Source: a virus | Length of the DNA: 56,024 nt | Reading direction: 5' to 3' (one strand) | IMG/VR virus record: IMGVR_UViG_3300005336_000008 | In this document: in pieces, positions 27,421 through 34,952 of the stretch | How the letters are laid out: the number at the start of each line of letters is the position of its first letter | Numbering within the stretch: position 1 is the stretch's first letter | Position numbers and translations under genes: made by a program | Notes under the pieces: model-generated | What the model saw: only the letters and a program-made list of their open reading frames with translations | What the model was told of the DNA's origin: nothing | Database searches by the model: none

Positions 27421-27614
27421 TCGTTGTATTTTTCTGTTGCTCTTTCTTCAAAGCGTAAACGAATTTGATCCCAAAGCGACTTCTGTACAAATTCATGAGT
27501 CCAAACAGAACGACCGAGTAGTTCTTCTACTGCTTTGTGAATCTCACCAAACGGTGCGTAAGTCTTTCCTGTAGCAATAGAATAACCGACCTCTAATGAG
27601 AAGTCCGATTCCAT
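27396..27614 (-). CDS. Hypothetical protein
   Basis: 72-aa ORF directly upstream of the SNF2 gene. Confidence 0.55.
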   Translation of the reverse strand: MESDFSLEVGYSIATGKTYAPFGEIHKAVEELLGRSVWTHEFVQKSLWDQIRLRFEERATEKYNEWQRENSN

Positions 27615-27630
27615 TTAACTGCTCCTAGTG

Positions 27631-28071
27631 TTATTGAGAAACCGTTACGTACCGTTCTAGTGTGAGCTTTAAAGCATCTTCTTTACTTGTATGCTTTTCG
27701 TAGATTAAGTAACGATAGTACCTACGTGCCCGACGGCATTCTGGTTTCTTTGTGCAAAAGATGTGACGACCATTTGTGGTATGTGGCATTTCTGTACCAC
27801 AAGTAGCACACTTCGGTCTTTCACTGTTTAAGATTTCTCTGATAGCAAACTTCGCGGTAACATTGTCCGCTAGCATCAAAGATTCAATTGTGTCTGCATT
27901 CTGTGTCAGCCACAATTCAAGCTTTTCTGCTTTATCGATTGGTGTGGGGTCCTTTGTATTAACAGACCCCACACCAGCACAACTATCACAAAAGCCTGTT
28001 TGTTCATCTAAGTGATCTACAAATTTCCCACAATTGGGACATAGATCATTTAGGTTGAACAATGCTTCCAT
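27631..28071 (-). CDS. Zinc-ribbon protein
   Basis: 146 aa with CPNCG...CDSC and CATCG...FCTKKPECRRARRYYRY. Confidence 0.55.
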   Translation of the reverse strand: MEALFNLNDLCPNCGKFVDHLDEQTGFCDSCAGVGSVNTKDPTPIDKAEKLELWLTQNADTIESLMLADNVTAKFAIREILNSERPKCATCGTEMPHTTNGRHIFCTKKPECRRARRYYRYLIYEKHTSKEDALKLTLERYVTVSQ

Positions 28072-28072
28072 G

Positions 28073-28468
28073 TTATGACCACGGACCTGTGCTTGTTCCG
28101 TAATTGCTCAGTTCTGCAAAAACTTGAACTGAGTACGCTGGATCAGATTTGCATCTATTGTAGTCTACCCACGTATGATACCGTGGAATCATTTGTGCGA
28201 CACATTGTGCTTGTTCATTTGGATCAGAGTAAGTGGTATTAACAGCACCAGGGCAAAAACCACTTTCTCGATTAACGATACCGTATGCCCAATAGTAAGT
28301 ACCATGAGGGCCAAAAGTTCTTTCCAGTAATTCCTTTACGATTACTTTTACTGTTTCTGAGCAATCGCCATATCTTACGGAGTACGTGCCGCCGTTGGCG
28401 ATTGCCTTTTTTCCTTCTTCAGCTAATTGCTCATTCGACCACAAATGGATAAGTTTGATATCATCCAT
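28073..28468 (-). CDS. Possible lytic transglycosylase (SLT)-like protein. The frame stays open a further 89 codons upstream to 28735, and that extension encodes a signal peptide.
   Basis: It contains NRESGF..GAVN...QCVAQMIP, which looks like an ES...Q-M-I pattern. For the in-frame extension see the finding at 28469..28740. Confidence 0.45.
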   Translation of the reverse strand: MDDIKLIHLWSNEQLAEEGKKAIANGGTYSVRYGDCSETVKVIVKELLERTFGPHGTYYWAYGIVNRESGFCPGAVNTTYSDPNEQAQCVAQMIPRYHTWVDYNRCKSDPAYSVQVFAELSNYGTSTGPWS

Positions 28469-28835
28469 TTTTCTTAGAACTCTATCTGACCACTTAAATA
28501 GCTGGGAGTGTTCTCTAATTGCGATTCTACCAGCTTTTGATTTTGCTAACTCAGGATGATTCTTGAAAAACCTTTCAACATCTAGTGCATGATCTTTCCT
28601 AGATTCAAACTCCTGATATTTCTCCTGATAGCTCTTAAAGTGCTTAGGTGTATAATGGGCCTGGGCCTGTCCTGCGATTACCCCTGAAATGAGTATTGCA
28701 GTTAGTATGGCTTTTGGCTTTCTGACGACTTCCTCCTAGATTGCTTTTCAGGATATTGCGGCGGTAACAGTCCAACCGCATAAACCGTTACCGCCGCATT
28801 TGGAGAATTCTGCTTGCGGTGAGAATTCCCCATTT

Positions 28836-28861
28836 GCCTAAATCGGGGGATCGATTTAGGC
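28836..28861. promoter_or_regulatory. 10-bp-arm palindrome (GCCTAAATCG-N6-CGATTTAGGC) at the predicted transcription start of the 28869..28897 promoter
   Basis: Read directly from the sequence. It lies immediately downstream of the -10 element on the minus strand. Confidence 0.4.
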
Positions 28862-28868
28862 ACCAACG

Positions 28869-28897
28869 ACGGTAGCACAAACCACCGAGTTTGTCAA
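28869..28897 (-). promoter_or_regulatory. Sigma70-like promoter, TTGACA-N17-TACCGT, with a TGc extended -10
   Basis: The -35 is at 28897..28892 and the -10 is at 28874..28869. Confidence 0.55.
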
Positions 28898-28927
28898 GTC
28901 ACAAAACATGAAAAGTTCAAATCTTGA

Positions 28928-29155
28928 CTAACACCATCGAGATTGCCAATTCGGAGTTTTGGTTAAACACTCATTACATAACCATTCAACTCTGATTGTT
29001 TGATGTTCTGAATGCTTTAATGTAATCTGAGTGCAAAGTCTACGCATTCCACAATCATCACAATACAATCTATGCCGTGGAGATTCATCGTGAATCTTTA
29101 CAAGATTGTATGCTTCAATTTTTAACATCAAATTCTGTCTTTTGTGATGAATCAT
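28928..29155 (-). CDS. Small Cys-rich (zinc-binding) protein
   Basis: 75-aa ORF with CDDCG...CNEC. The start is uncertain, with an alternative ATG at 29128. Confidence 0.5.
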   Translation of the reverse strand: MIHHKRQNLMLKIEAYNLVKIHDESPRHRLYCDDCGMRRLCTQITLKHSEHQTIRVEWLCNECLTKTPNWQSRWC

Positions 29156-29312
29156 TTAACTTTACAAAGTACTCTCGAATTCGTAAAACAATACAATCTT
29201 CTTCATGTTCCTCAGGCCAACGACCACAGAAGATGCACCAATTTGATTCATATCCAACATAGATATGATTTTCGATTACTTCCTTAAGTAATGCATCTGC
29301 ATCAGTCATCAA
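29115..29312 (-). CDS. Hypothetical protein
   Basis: 65-aa ORF in the same-strand array. Confidence 0.5.
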   Translation of the reverse strand: MMTDADALLKEVIENHIYVGYESNWCIFCGRWPEEHEEDCIVLRIREYFVKLNDSSQKTEFDVKN

Positions 29313-29563
29313 ATTCTATCCTTATGAATAAGATAGAGATTTGTGTTATGTGCCTTAACGATGATTTTGTCTGCATGCTCTCGACCCCACGAATTATTCT
29401 TTAATGCGAAATTGATTCCATCTGCACGATGACCTAAACCTGCATATTCAATTCCTGGCGCATCGGAATTCATTAATGCATCAATCATAGTCCTAAGCTT
29501 AGGCTCACGCTTCATACTTATAGGTCTATCACTGATTGACGGGGAAAGGGCTTCTTGTTCCAC
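29309..29563 (-). CDS. Hypothetical protein
   Basis: 84-aa ORF. The start is uncertain, with an alternative ATG at 29515. Confidence 0.5.
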   Translation of the reverse strand: MEQEALSPSISDRPISMKREPKLRTMIDALMNSDAPGIEYAGLGHRADGINFALKNNSWGREHADKIIVKAHNTNLYLIHKDRI

Positions 29564-29870
29564 CGATTTTTTCTCCTGTTACCACGCTTTCAAACCAGTA
29601 CACACATGGTATTCTTTCAACCTGTGAAGGATCAGTTGGAAAATCTTTACACTGATTTGGACGATCTTCATAAATACTACAACGCTTCTCTTCTGTGAGT
29701 TTTGGGCAGGGATGAATGATTGGTAACCAGGTGATTCCATCTTTTGGTAATCCTCTCGCTTCAATCCAATCAGGATCATTTTGTGAAAAGTCAATTTGGA
29801 TAGGATGCGTTAAAGCTTCGCAGCAATAACCGCATCCGTCACATTCTCCATGCCTTACCCAATCAGACAT
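29529..29870 (-). CDS. YkgJ-family (CxxCxxCC) zinc/iron-chelating cysteine-cluster protein
   Basis: It has the CDGCGYCCE motif near the N-terminus and further conserved Cys residues. 113 aa. Confidence 0.65.
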   Translation of the reverse strand: MSDWVRHGECDGCGYCCEALTHPIQIDFSQNDPDWIEARGLPKDGITWLPIIHPCPKLTEEKRCSIYEDRPNQCKDFPTDPSQVERIPCVYWFESVVTGEKIGGTRSPFPVNQ

Positions 29871-30613
29871 AATTCAATAAGGGGTACAAGTATTCACTTT
29901 CGTAGTCGTAGGCTGACCCTACGTTTTACTTGTGTGTATACTGTACCCCTTATTCAATTATGAGGTTTGTAGTGTGCGCGGCCTACGTTAAATACAATGA
30001 GTACATATAATATTATCATACCCATTTAGCTACGAGTTTGCCGTAAGTAGCTACTGTCGCACTACTTATTTTCTCACGATTTGCCACTTCGTGACACACA
30101 CTACATTTTTGAGCTACGTTTACCTACATTCTATTACTTGCGTGCTTTCATAGAATGTAACCACCCTTCCCAACCTGCAATTTCCACTATCTCACACGAT
30201 AGTCCTCAACGTAGCTCAATGAGATAGTCGAACCTAGCTTTGCCCCCGGAGGAAAATTCAGGAGATACTAGGTTATCTCTTGATAATCTCCTAGACAAAG
30301 ATCGACTATCTCATTCAACTACGTAATTAACTTACAGAGTGAGCGGTATCGTGTTTAACTCTGTAAGCCCCGAGGAATCTTCTGTTCCTCGGCTTAGTAG
30401 TGACGCATTTCCTGCTTAGACTTAATAGAAAAGAAATCCCGAGCAAAAGCTCACTCATCAAAGGATTTTTCTGAGCTTTTCTATCAGTATCTTACAGGTT
30501 GCTCCGCTCTCTACTAAATCAGTAGACTTTCATCTACTATTAAGTGCTAGTGGACGGGAGGAACACTAGCACTTAATAGTAGATACGGTCGTTAGACCGT
30601 ATCTACTAATTAC
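29871..30613 (-). other. 743-bp ORF-free, hairpin-dense non-coding locus. It could be a structured RNA or a replication/regulatory region.
   Basis: There is no ORF of 60 aa or more on either strand, and I found no start codon preceded by an SD. It holds at least 9 stem-loops, including a perfect 20-bp stem at 30533..30552/30564..30583. Confidence 0.6.
30212..30322 (-). ncRNA. Copy 1 of a conserved-base long hairpin element
   Basis: The sequence is TAGCTC-AATGAGAtagtcga...tcgactaTCTCATT-CAACTAC. The 14-bp stem is 30218..30231/30302..30315. Confidence 0.4.
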
Positions 30614-30991
30614 TTACTTGCTCTGAGCCGCGCGAGCCTCAGCAACCTTCTTCGTGTTAATAACGAAAAGCTTCTCGGAAAGGACAACGCGCTCCTCACC
30701 CTTCTTACCATTCGTCTCCTGCTTAACACGAACCTGCACATCAGTACCACCAGGAATAACAAGCTGACCAGTTTCGTCATTAACCTTCTTGCGAGCGTTA
30801 TCAAGAGCGGTCTTAATAACCTTCGCAGGCTTACCAGCGAAACTACCAGCAGTTAGATCAACCTCACGACCAAGCTCTCCACTTGCAAGGAAATCCGAAA
30901 TGTACTCACCTGCGTTAGTCTTGCTGCGAGTCGATCCAAGAATTCCAGTAATGTCATCAAGTGAAAGGCCAGTATCAGAAGCAGTTGCCAT
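30614..30991 (-). CDS. Abundant-looking early protein of unknown family (paralog A, 125 aa)
   Basis: It is about 70% identical to 35992..36363 by my manual alignment. Its codon usage is GC3-rich compared with its neighbours. Confidence 0.75.
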   Translation of the reverse strand: MATASDTGLSLDDITGILGSTRSKTNAGEYISDFLASGELGREVDLTAGSFAGKPAKVIKTALDNARKKVNDETGQLVIPGGTDVQVRVKQETNGKKGEERVVLSEKLFVINTKKVAEARAAQSK

Positions 30992-30997
30992 TTTTTA

Positions 30998-31453
30998 TTA
31001 CTCTCCTTTTGTTGCCCTGCGTTTTGATTTTTCTAGATTTACTACCCGACTCTCGAAATTACTTAGGGCCGTTGTTACATCAATACCTCCTAGTAATCTT
31101 TCTAGCTCTTGAATCCGTGCCTCCAGCATAGCATAGTCGGGCTTAGGTGTCAAGTCTTTGTCATTACCGTCGAGCCACCCTGATACGTCCCACTTTTCTG
31201 GCAAACCATGTAAGACAATAACTGTATCAGCACCACGACCGCCACGCTGTAAAAATTGAATTGCGTTGTGACGTTCTAACGCTTTTCGGACAGAGCCATA
31301 GTAAGTTCTACTAATTCCAGTTGCTTCCCAAGCTTCACCATATGATCCTGCAAAAACTCGAGCCTTATTACCTGACTCCAATACCTGAGTTCGTGCTCGA
31401 TCATCTAAGGCGTTAAACATTGTAATGCAATGATGTACAAATGTGTCAGTCAT
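30998..31453 (-). CDS. Hypothetical protein, possibly a winged-helix domain plus a C-terminal coiled coil. I moved the start to the ATG at 31453.
   Basis: The track gives 30998..31477. The ATG at 31453 gives MTDTFVHH... and a short overlap with the upstream stop. Confidence 0.55.
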   Translation of the reverse strand: MTDTFVHHCITMFNALDDRARTQVLESGNKARVFAGSYGEAWEATGISRTYYGSVRKALERHNAIQFLQRGGRGADTVIVLHGLPEKWDVSGWLDGNDKDLTPKPDYAMLEARIQELERLLGGIDVTTALSNFESRVVNLEKSKRRATKGE

Positions 31454-31847
31454 TGTTCGTGTTATGAGCAAGACCATCCAGAAAATCCCAACGGCACATT
31501 TCTACACCATTTACAATTGCCGTTACTCTCTCTGGCCCTTTGTCCTGCATTAGAATACCAAGACAATTTTCACCCTGAGAACAAATGCCGGACATTTGAA
31601 CATTTGTGCTTTCACATTCGAGACATTTATCAGGAAAGGAAGCTTCTGGATCTGTTTCAGAAGTATAACCTTTTTCACAAGAATTAATCGCGCCGCAATT
31701 CAGACAGCGATTATTGATATGATCTTTCTTAAACCAAGAATCAAAATCTCTTGTGTCTTTAGGCTTTCTTGCTCTACTTCCTTTTGGTGGATCAGGTGTT
31801 TCAATTAGTGCTTCAAGAAAATCAAGATCATCAAGCGGAGTTGGCAT
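31446..31847 (-). CDS. Cys-rich protein with an N-terminal DLDFLEALI motif
   Basis: 133-aa ORF with several CxxC pairs. It shares an N-terminal motif with 22389..22634. Confidence 0.55.
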   Translation of the reverse strand: MPTPLDDLDFLEALIETPDPPKGSRARKPKDTRDFDSWFKKDHINNRCLNCGAINSCEKGYTSETDPEASFPDKCLECESTNVQMSGICSQGENCLGILMQDKGPERVTAIVNGVEMCRWDFLDGLAHNTNND

Positions 31848-32121
31848 CTACAACCAACCTGCTTCTAAGATTTTCCAAAGAAACGCGGGTCATAGGAATA
31901 AAGTCCCCCACAACCGTAAACACATAGTCAGTTCCATTCTCGCAATTCTTAACGAGAAAAGTGCGACCATTCAAGATCACACTATTCTTGCCACTCTCAA
32001 TTGCAGAAATCATCTGCTCTGTAAACGGATGGAACCAACTAATCAACGTAGTCTTGGTTGAAGTAGTCTCAAGAATATTCTGAGCCTCTTCTGCGGTCAT
32101 TGCACGACCACGCTTTTCCAC
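31831..32121 (-). CDS. Hypothetical protein with a GTG start
   Basis: AGGAGGTG lies 5 nt upstream of the GTG at 32121. It is the first gene behind the promoter at 32170..32198. Confidence 0.6.
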   Translation of the reverse strand: MEKRGRAMTAEEAQNILETTSTKTTLISWFHPFTEQMISAIESGKNSVILNGRTFLVKNCENGTDYVFTVVGDFIPMTRVSLENLRSRLVVDANSA

Positions 32122-32169
32122 TTTTACACCTCCTAAAAATTCGCGGTTGTTAAATCCGACGGCTCAAAT

Positions 32170-32198
32170 AGCATAGCATAGATGCTCAGGAAAGTCAA
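32170..32198 (-). promoter_or_regulatory. Sigma70-like promoter, TTGACT-N17-TATGCT, with a TGc extended -10
   Basis: The -35 is at 32198..32193 and overlaps the upstream stop codon. The -10 is at 32175..32170. Confidence 0.55.
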
Positions 32199-32704
32199 GA
32201 GGCAAAAGCTACCAACATGAAATCTTGATTATCCTCAGCAATCCTATTAGCCTCAATCTCGTACAAATTTCCTTTGTACCTTCGGCCATGTTCACCATCA
32301 ACAGCCTTGTAATCCGCGTGATGCCACAATGTAATATCTTTGCCTGTCTCTTTAGCCCATTTTTCTGATTGCATACAATGAGCCAATTCGTGCCAAAGTG
32401 TATTACTCGTTTCGGCAGCTTCACGCTCTTGGTCTACTGTAATTTTATGGTGCTGTTTCGTATTTCGATGAGTACCGTATGTCCAGCCTTTGCCACCTTT
32501 ACCCCAACTTCTACCACGACCACGTTCTCTAACTGCTCGCGCAGTTGCGGTCATGTAGCGAATATGAACTGGCATCTTAATGCCTAGTTTATCAATAGCT
32601 TCTAGAATAGCATCTTGATCTAGATACCATCCGGCTCTTGCCTGCTCACCTGTGCATTGAAGTCTATTGAGATTTAGAATATCGTCTAGTTCCATAATAT
32701 TCAT
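32195..32704 (-). CDS. HExxH zinc metallopeptidase-like protein, SprT-like. I moved the start to the ATG at 32704.
   Basis: It carries the LWHELAHCMQ motif. The ATG at 32704 forms an ATGA overlap with the upstream gene, whereas the track starts the ORF at 32728. Confidence 0.55.
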   Translation of the reverse strand: MNIMELDDILNLNRLQCTGEQARAGWYLDQDAILEAIDKLGIKMPVHIRYMTATARAVRERGRGRSWGKGGKGWTYGTHRNTKQHHKITVDQEREAAETSNTLWHELAHCMQSEKWAKETGKDITLWHHADYKAVDGEHGRRYKGNLYEIEANRIAEDNQDFMLVAFAS

Positions 32705-32892
32705 GTTTGCTTTGCACACGCCTGACAATGAATATTGAGTTTAACGTCATGTACGCAACTCAATTCAGATTTAGGACGACTACCGAATTTCAACCACCAA
32801 CCAACAGACTTATAAACCATGCGTTTGTCGATTGTTACAATTGCTAGAGATTTACGATGTTCATCCATTATGTGCCTCGTTCCAAAGCTCAC
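32701..32892 (-). CDS. Hypothetical protein
   Basis: 63-aa ORF in the same-strand array. Confidence 0.5.
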   Translation of the reverse strand: MSFGTRHIMDEHRKSLAIVTIDKRMVYKSVGWWLKFGSRPKSELSCVHDVKLNIHCQACAKQT

Positions 32893-33112
32893 TAATTGGA
32901 TACAAGTCTACATCTGGCGAACATGCATTTAGGAATCTAATAGGATCGAATCTTTCAGGATTGTCTCTCTTAAAAGAATCTGCAAAATCAATTGCAAGTT
33001 CACAAAGCAAGCCGCGCATTACAACTTGCAAATGATCGTTTGAAGTTGTGGGGAACTGATCGCGGATCTTCTTTGCAACTAAATTGTAAGTTGCTTTATG
33101 GTGCGTTGCCAT
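32861..33112 (-). CDS. Hypothetical protein
   Basis: 83-aa ORF in the same-strand array. Confidence 0.55.
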   Translation of the reverse strand: MATHHKATYNLVAKKIRDQFPTTSNDHLQVVMRGLLCELAIDFADSFKRDNPERFDPIRFLNACSPDVDLYPISELWNEAHNG

Positions 33113-33260
33113 CGTTAATTTCCTTTAAGAGTTCCAACATTTGCTCATATGTACTACATTCATGTTCCTCACCATTAACCATATCTACCAATACATAAGT
33201 TGGTTCCGTAACGTTGATCTTCTGAATAATGCGATACAATTCTACTTCAAGTGTAGGCAT
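33096..33260 (-). CDS. Small ORF (54 aa), below the track cutoff
   Basis: GGAGGA lies upstream of the ATG at 33260. The sequence is MPTLEVELYRIIQKINVTEPTYVLVDMVNGEEHECSTYEQMLELLKEINDGNAP. Confidence 0.45.
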   Translation of the reverse strand: MPTLEVELYRIIQKINVTEPTYVLVDMVNGEEHECSTYEQMLELLKEINDGNAP

Positions 33261-33451
33261 TATTCCTCCGAAAATCTAATGCCTGCTAGTGGCATCTTTA
33301 CAGACGGCGACCAGATATCAGACGGATTATCTCTTTGTGAGATTGTAAGCACACCATTGTGTAGTCTAACTGCAATTCTGCGCTCAAAAGCGTTTGTAGT
33401 ATCGTACCACACGGCGCTAACCTTCTGCAAGTGTTCAATCTCTTTAAACAT
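33260..33451 (-). CDS. Hypothetical protein. I trimmed the start to the ATG at 33451.
   Basis: The track gives 33260..33511. The internal ATG gives MFKEIEHLQ... and a short overlap with the upstream stop. Confidence 0.5.
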   Translation of the reverse strand: MFKEIEHLQKVSAVWYDTTNAFERRIAVRLHNGVLTISQRDNPSDIWSPSVKMPLAGIRFSEE

Positions 33452-33680
33452 AAGGATCGATTCTAGTAGTGTATTGATTGATCGGAATGAAAGAGACAAC
33501 CATTGCCTCATTCATTGGTACAACTACGTACCTCTTATCCCTCGGTTCATAATCAGGCCAACCTTTTGCTCGAAATGCAATCCGCACAATTTCATCGGCC
33601 GGAGTATCTGCGTCTGCTTCAACAACGATCGGCCAATTCCTCACAGTAACCATATCATTGCGCCAGACTATGAACTTCAT
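33444..33680 (-). CDS. Hypothetical protein
   Basis: 78-aa ORF with GGAGGATAAA upstream of the ATG. Confidence 0.6.
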   Translation of the reverse strand: MKFIVWRNDMVTVRNWPIVVEADADTPADEIVRIAFRAKGWPDYEPRDKRYVVVPMNEAMVVSFIPINQYTTRIDPYV

Positions 33681-33681
33681 T

Positions 33682-33858
33682 TTATCCTCCGTTCAAACAA
33701 GAATAGTATTCGTAATCACTAGCTTTGTGTACGATTCCATTATATGCTACTGTTTTGCATTCGTCCTTGCGTCTATCATTTTGTATCCCAATAATTTGTG
33801 TTTCCATCGCAACTAAGATGAACGCAAGAATCGCGGCCGCTACCAGGAATCTTAACAC
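33682..33858 (-). CDS. Small membrane ORF (58 aa, GTG start), below the track cutoff
   Basis: GGGAGG lies upstream of the GTG at 33858. It has a hydrophobic N-terminus (LRFLVAAAILAFILVA). Confidence 0.4.
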   Translation of the reverse strand: MLRFLVAAAILAFILVAMETQIIGIQNDRRKDECKTVAYNGIVHKASDYEYYSCLNGG

Positions 33859-33872
33859 ATCACCTCCCTGGT

Positions 33873-33989
33873 TTAGAAGATGTATTCGATTAGTTCTTTA
33901 ATACCATAACCTACAAAGAACCAGAATACCATACATAGACCGATAATGCATACCCATGTTGCAAGTGTCATTGTGAATTGTGCTCTCAT
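33873..33989 (-). CDS. Small membrane ORF (38 aa)
   Basis: ATGA overlap with the upstream stop. The sequence is MRAQFTMTLATWVCIIGLCMVFWFFVGYGIKELIEYIF. Confidence 0.35.
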   Translation of the reverse strand: MRAQFTMTLATWVCIIGLCMVFWFFVGYGIKELIEYIF

Positions 33990-34225
33990 AGATTCACTCT
34001 CCAAATCCTACCTCCCGTCAACGTGTGGGTCATTTCAATCTTTCCAGATTCAGTGAGACTATCGAGTGCATTATCGATATCATCTATATTGAGATTTGTG
34101 TATCTAAGAGAAGCTGCAATTTCCCACCAGTATGTCCAACGCATTGTGCCGAACAAGTGGTTATAGACGAATCGCTGCTTCTCACAAAGTGTGTCTGCAA
34201 AGTAAATGGCTTGGCTGTTAGTCAT
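33986..34225 (-). CDS. Hypothetical protein
   Basis: 79-aa ORF that is overlap-coupled. Confidence 0.55.
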   Translation of the reverse strand: MTNSQAIYFADTLCEKQRFVYNHLFGTMRWTYWWEIAASLRYTNLNIDDIDNALDSLTESGKIEMTHTLTGGRIWRVNL

Positions 34226-34437
34226 CGCATTGCACCAACACTTTCAATGTTATTGAGTGCATTGTCAATTCTATTGTATGCTGCAATTGCAAGATGCGCG
34301 CCGATAGAATTGTAAGCAAGCTTGATTCGGACGATATCTGAAATAGCATCCACGATCTGCGAATCTGTAGGATCGTAGAGAATTCTATTCTCTGCAAGTT
34401 CCTCTGCTTCGTCGATGATTTGATCGTACAGTGTCAT
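34222..34437 (-). CDS. Hypothetical protein
   Basis: 71-aa ORF that is overlap-coupled. Confidence 0.55.
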   Translation of the reverse strand: MTLYDQIIDEAEELAENRILYDPTDSQIVDAISDIVRIKLAYNSIGAHLAIAAYNRIDNALNNIESVGAMR

Positions 34438-34455
34438 TTGCGGTTGATTCCTTTC

Positions 34456-34641
34456 TTAGTCGTTCCACTTAATAGATTCCCAAATCTCAACAGCCTTATC
34501 ATTAGCTGTAGTCGATTCCATTGTTTCCTTCAAATCTTCTAGAATGTCGATTGCGGTTTTGTCCATTCTGCATGTCTCTGGATACTCATGAAAATATCTT
34601 TGAAGCAAACTCATTAGTGCTAGTGCTTCTGTATCGTTCAT
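34456..34641 (-). CDS. Hypothetical protein
   Basis: 61-aa ORF in the same-strand array. Confidence 0.5.
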   Translation of the reverse strand: MNDTEALALMSLLQRYFHEYPETCRMDKTAIDILEDLKETMESTTANDKAVEIWESIKWND

Positions 34642-34940
34642 GAATAGTATCTCCCGACGATAATTGTATCATTATCGGAATCGAATGTACCTCTATCTGT
34701 TCGTGGATACCTAACAAGGATTCCACTAAAGAAGGTATCAGAGTGATACCCGTCCCAAAGATCGAACGTACCATCTAGTCCACTAGTTGTAGTGAACTCC
34801 CCCAAATCGTAAACCTCACCTTTGTATCTAAAGAAGTAACCACCATCCTCTCCTAGATAGTCAAACTCTTTTCGCTCTTTTTCTGTCAACTCATATTCGC
34901 GGATGACTTCACGCGGCACGTTATTTGTAATGATTTTCAT
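34638..34940 (-). CDS. Hypothetical protein
   Basis: 100-aa ORF in the same-strand array. Confidence 0.6.
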   Translation of the reverse strand: MKIITNNVPREVIREYELTEKERKEFDYLGEDGGYFFRYKGEVYDLGEFTTTSGLDGTFDLWDGYHSDTFFSGILVRYPRTDRGTFDSDNDTIIVGRYYS

Positions 34941-34952
34941 TGTAGTTTACTC

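Noticed and set aside
29871-30613. Identifying the structured locus as a specific known large RNA (GOLLD, ROOL or HEARO)
   Set aside because: I cannot recall or verify the consensus motifs of those families from memory. Size and phage context alone are not sufficient. I left it as a test to run.
30610-31112. Arg/Leu-rich ORFs overlapping paralog A (30610..30804 on the minus strand and 30789..31112 on the plus strand), and the analogous 35985..36263 over paralog B
   Set aside because: These are alternative frames of GC3-rich genes. Their low-complexity R/L/S composition is typical of off-frame translation. The paralog frames are mutually conserved.
33141-33722. 193-aa plus-strand ORF in the minus-strand early arm
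   Set aside because: It is antisense to three RBS-equipped, overlap-coupled minus-strand genes. Its composition (C, I, F, N, S-rich) is not protein-like, and it has no RBS or plus-strand promoter.
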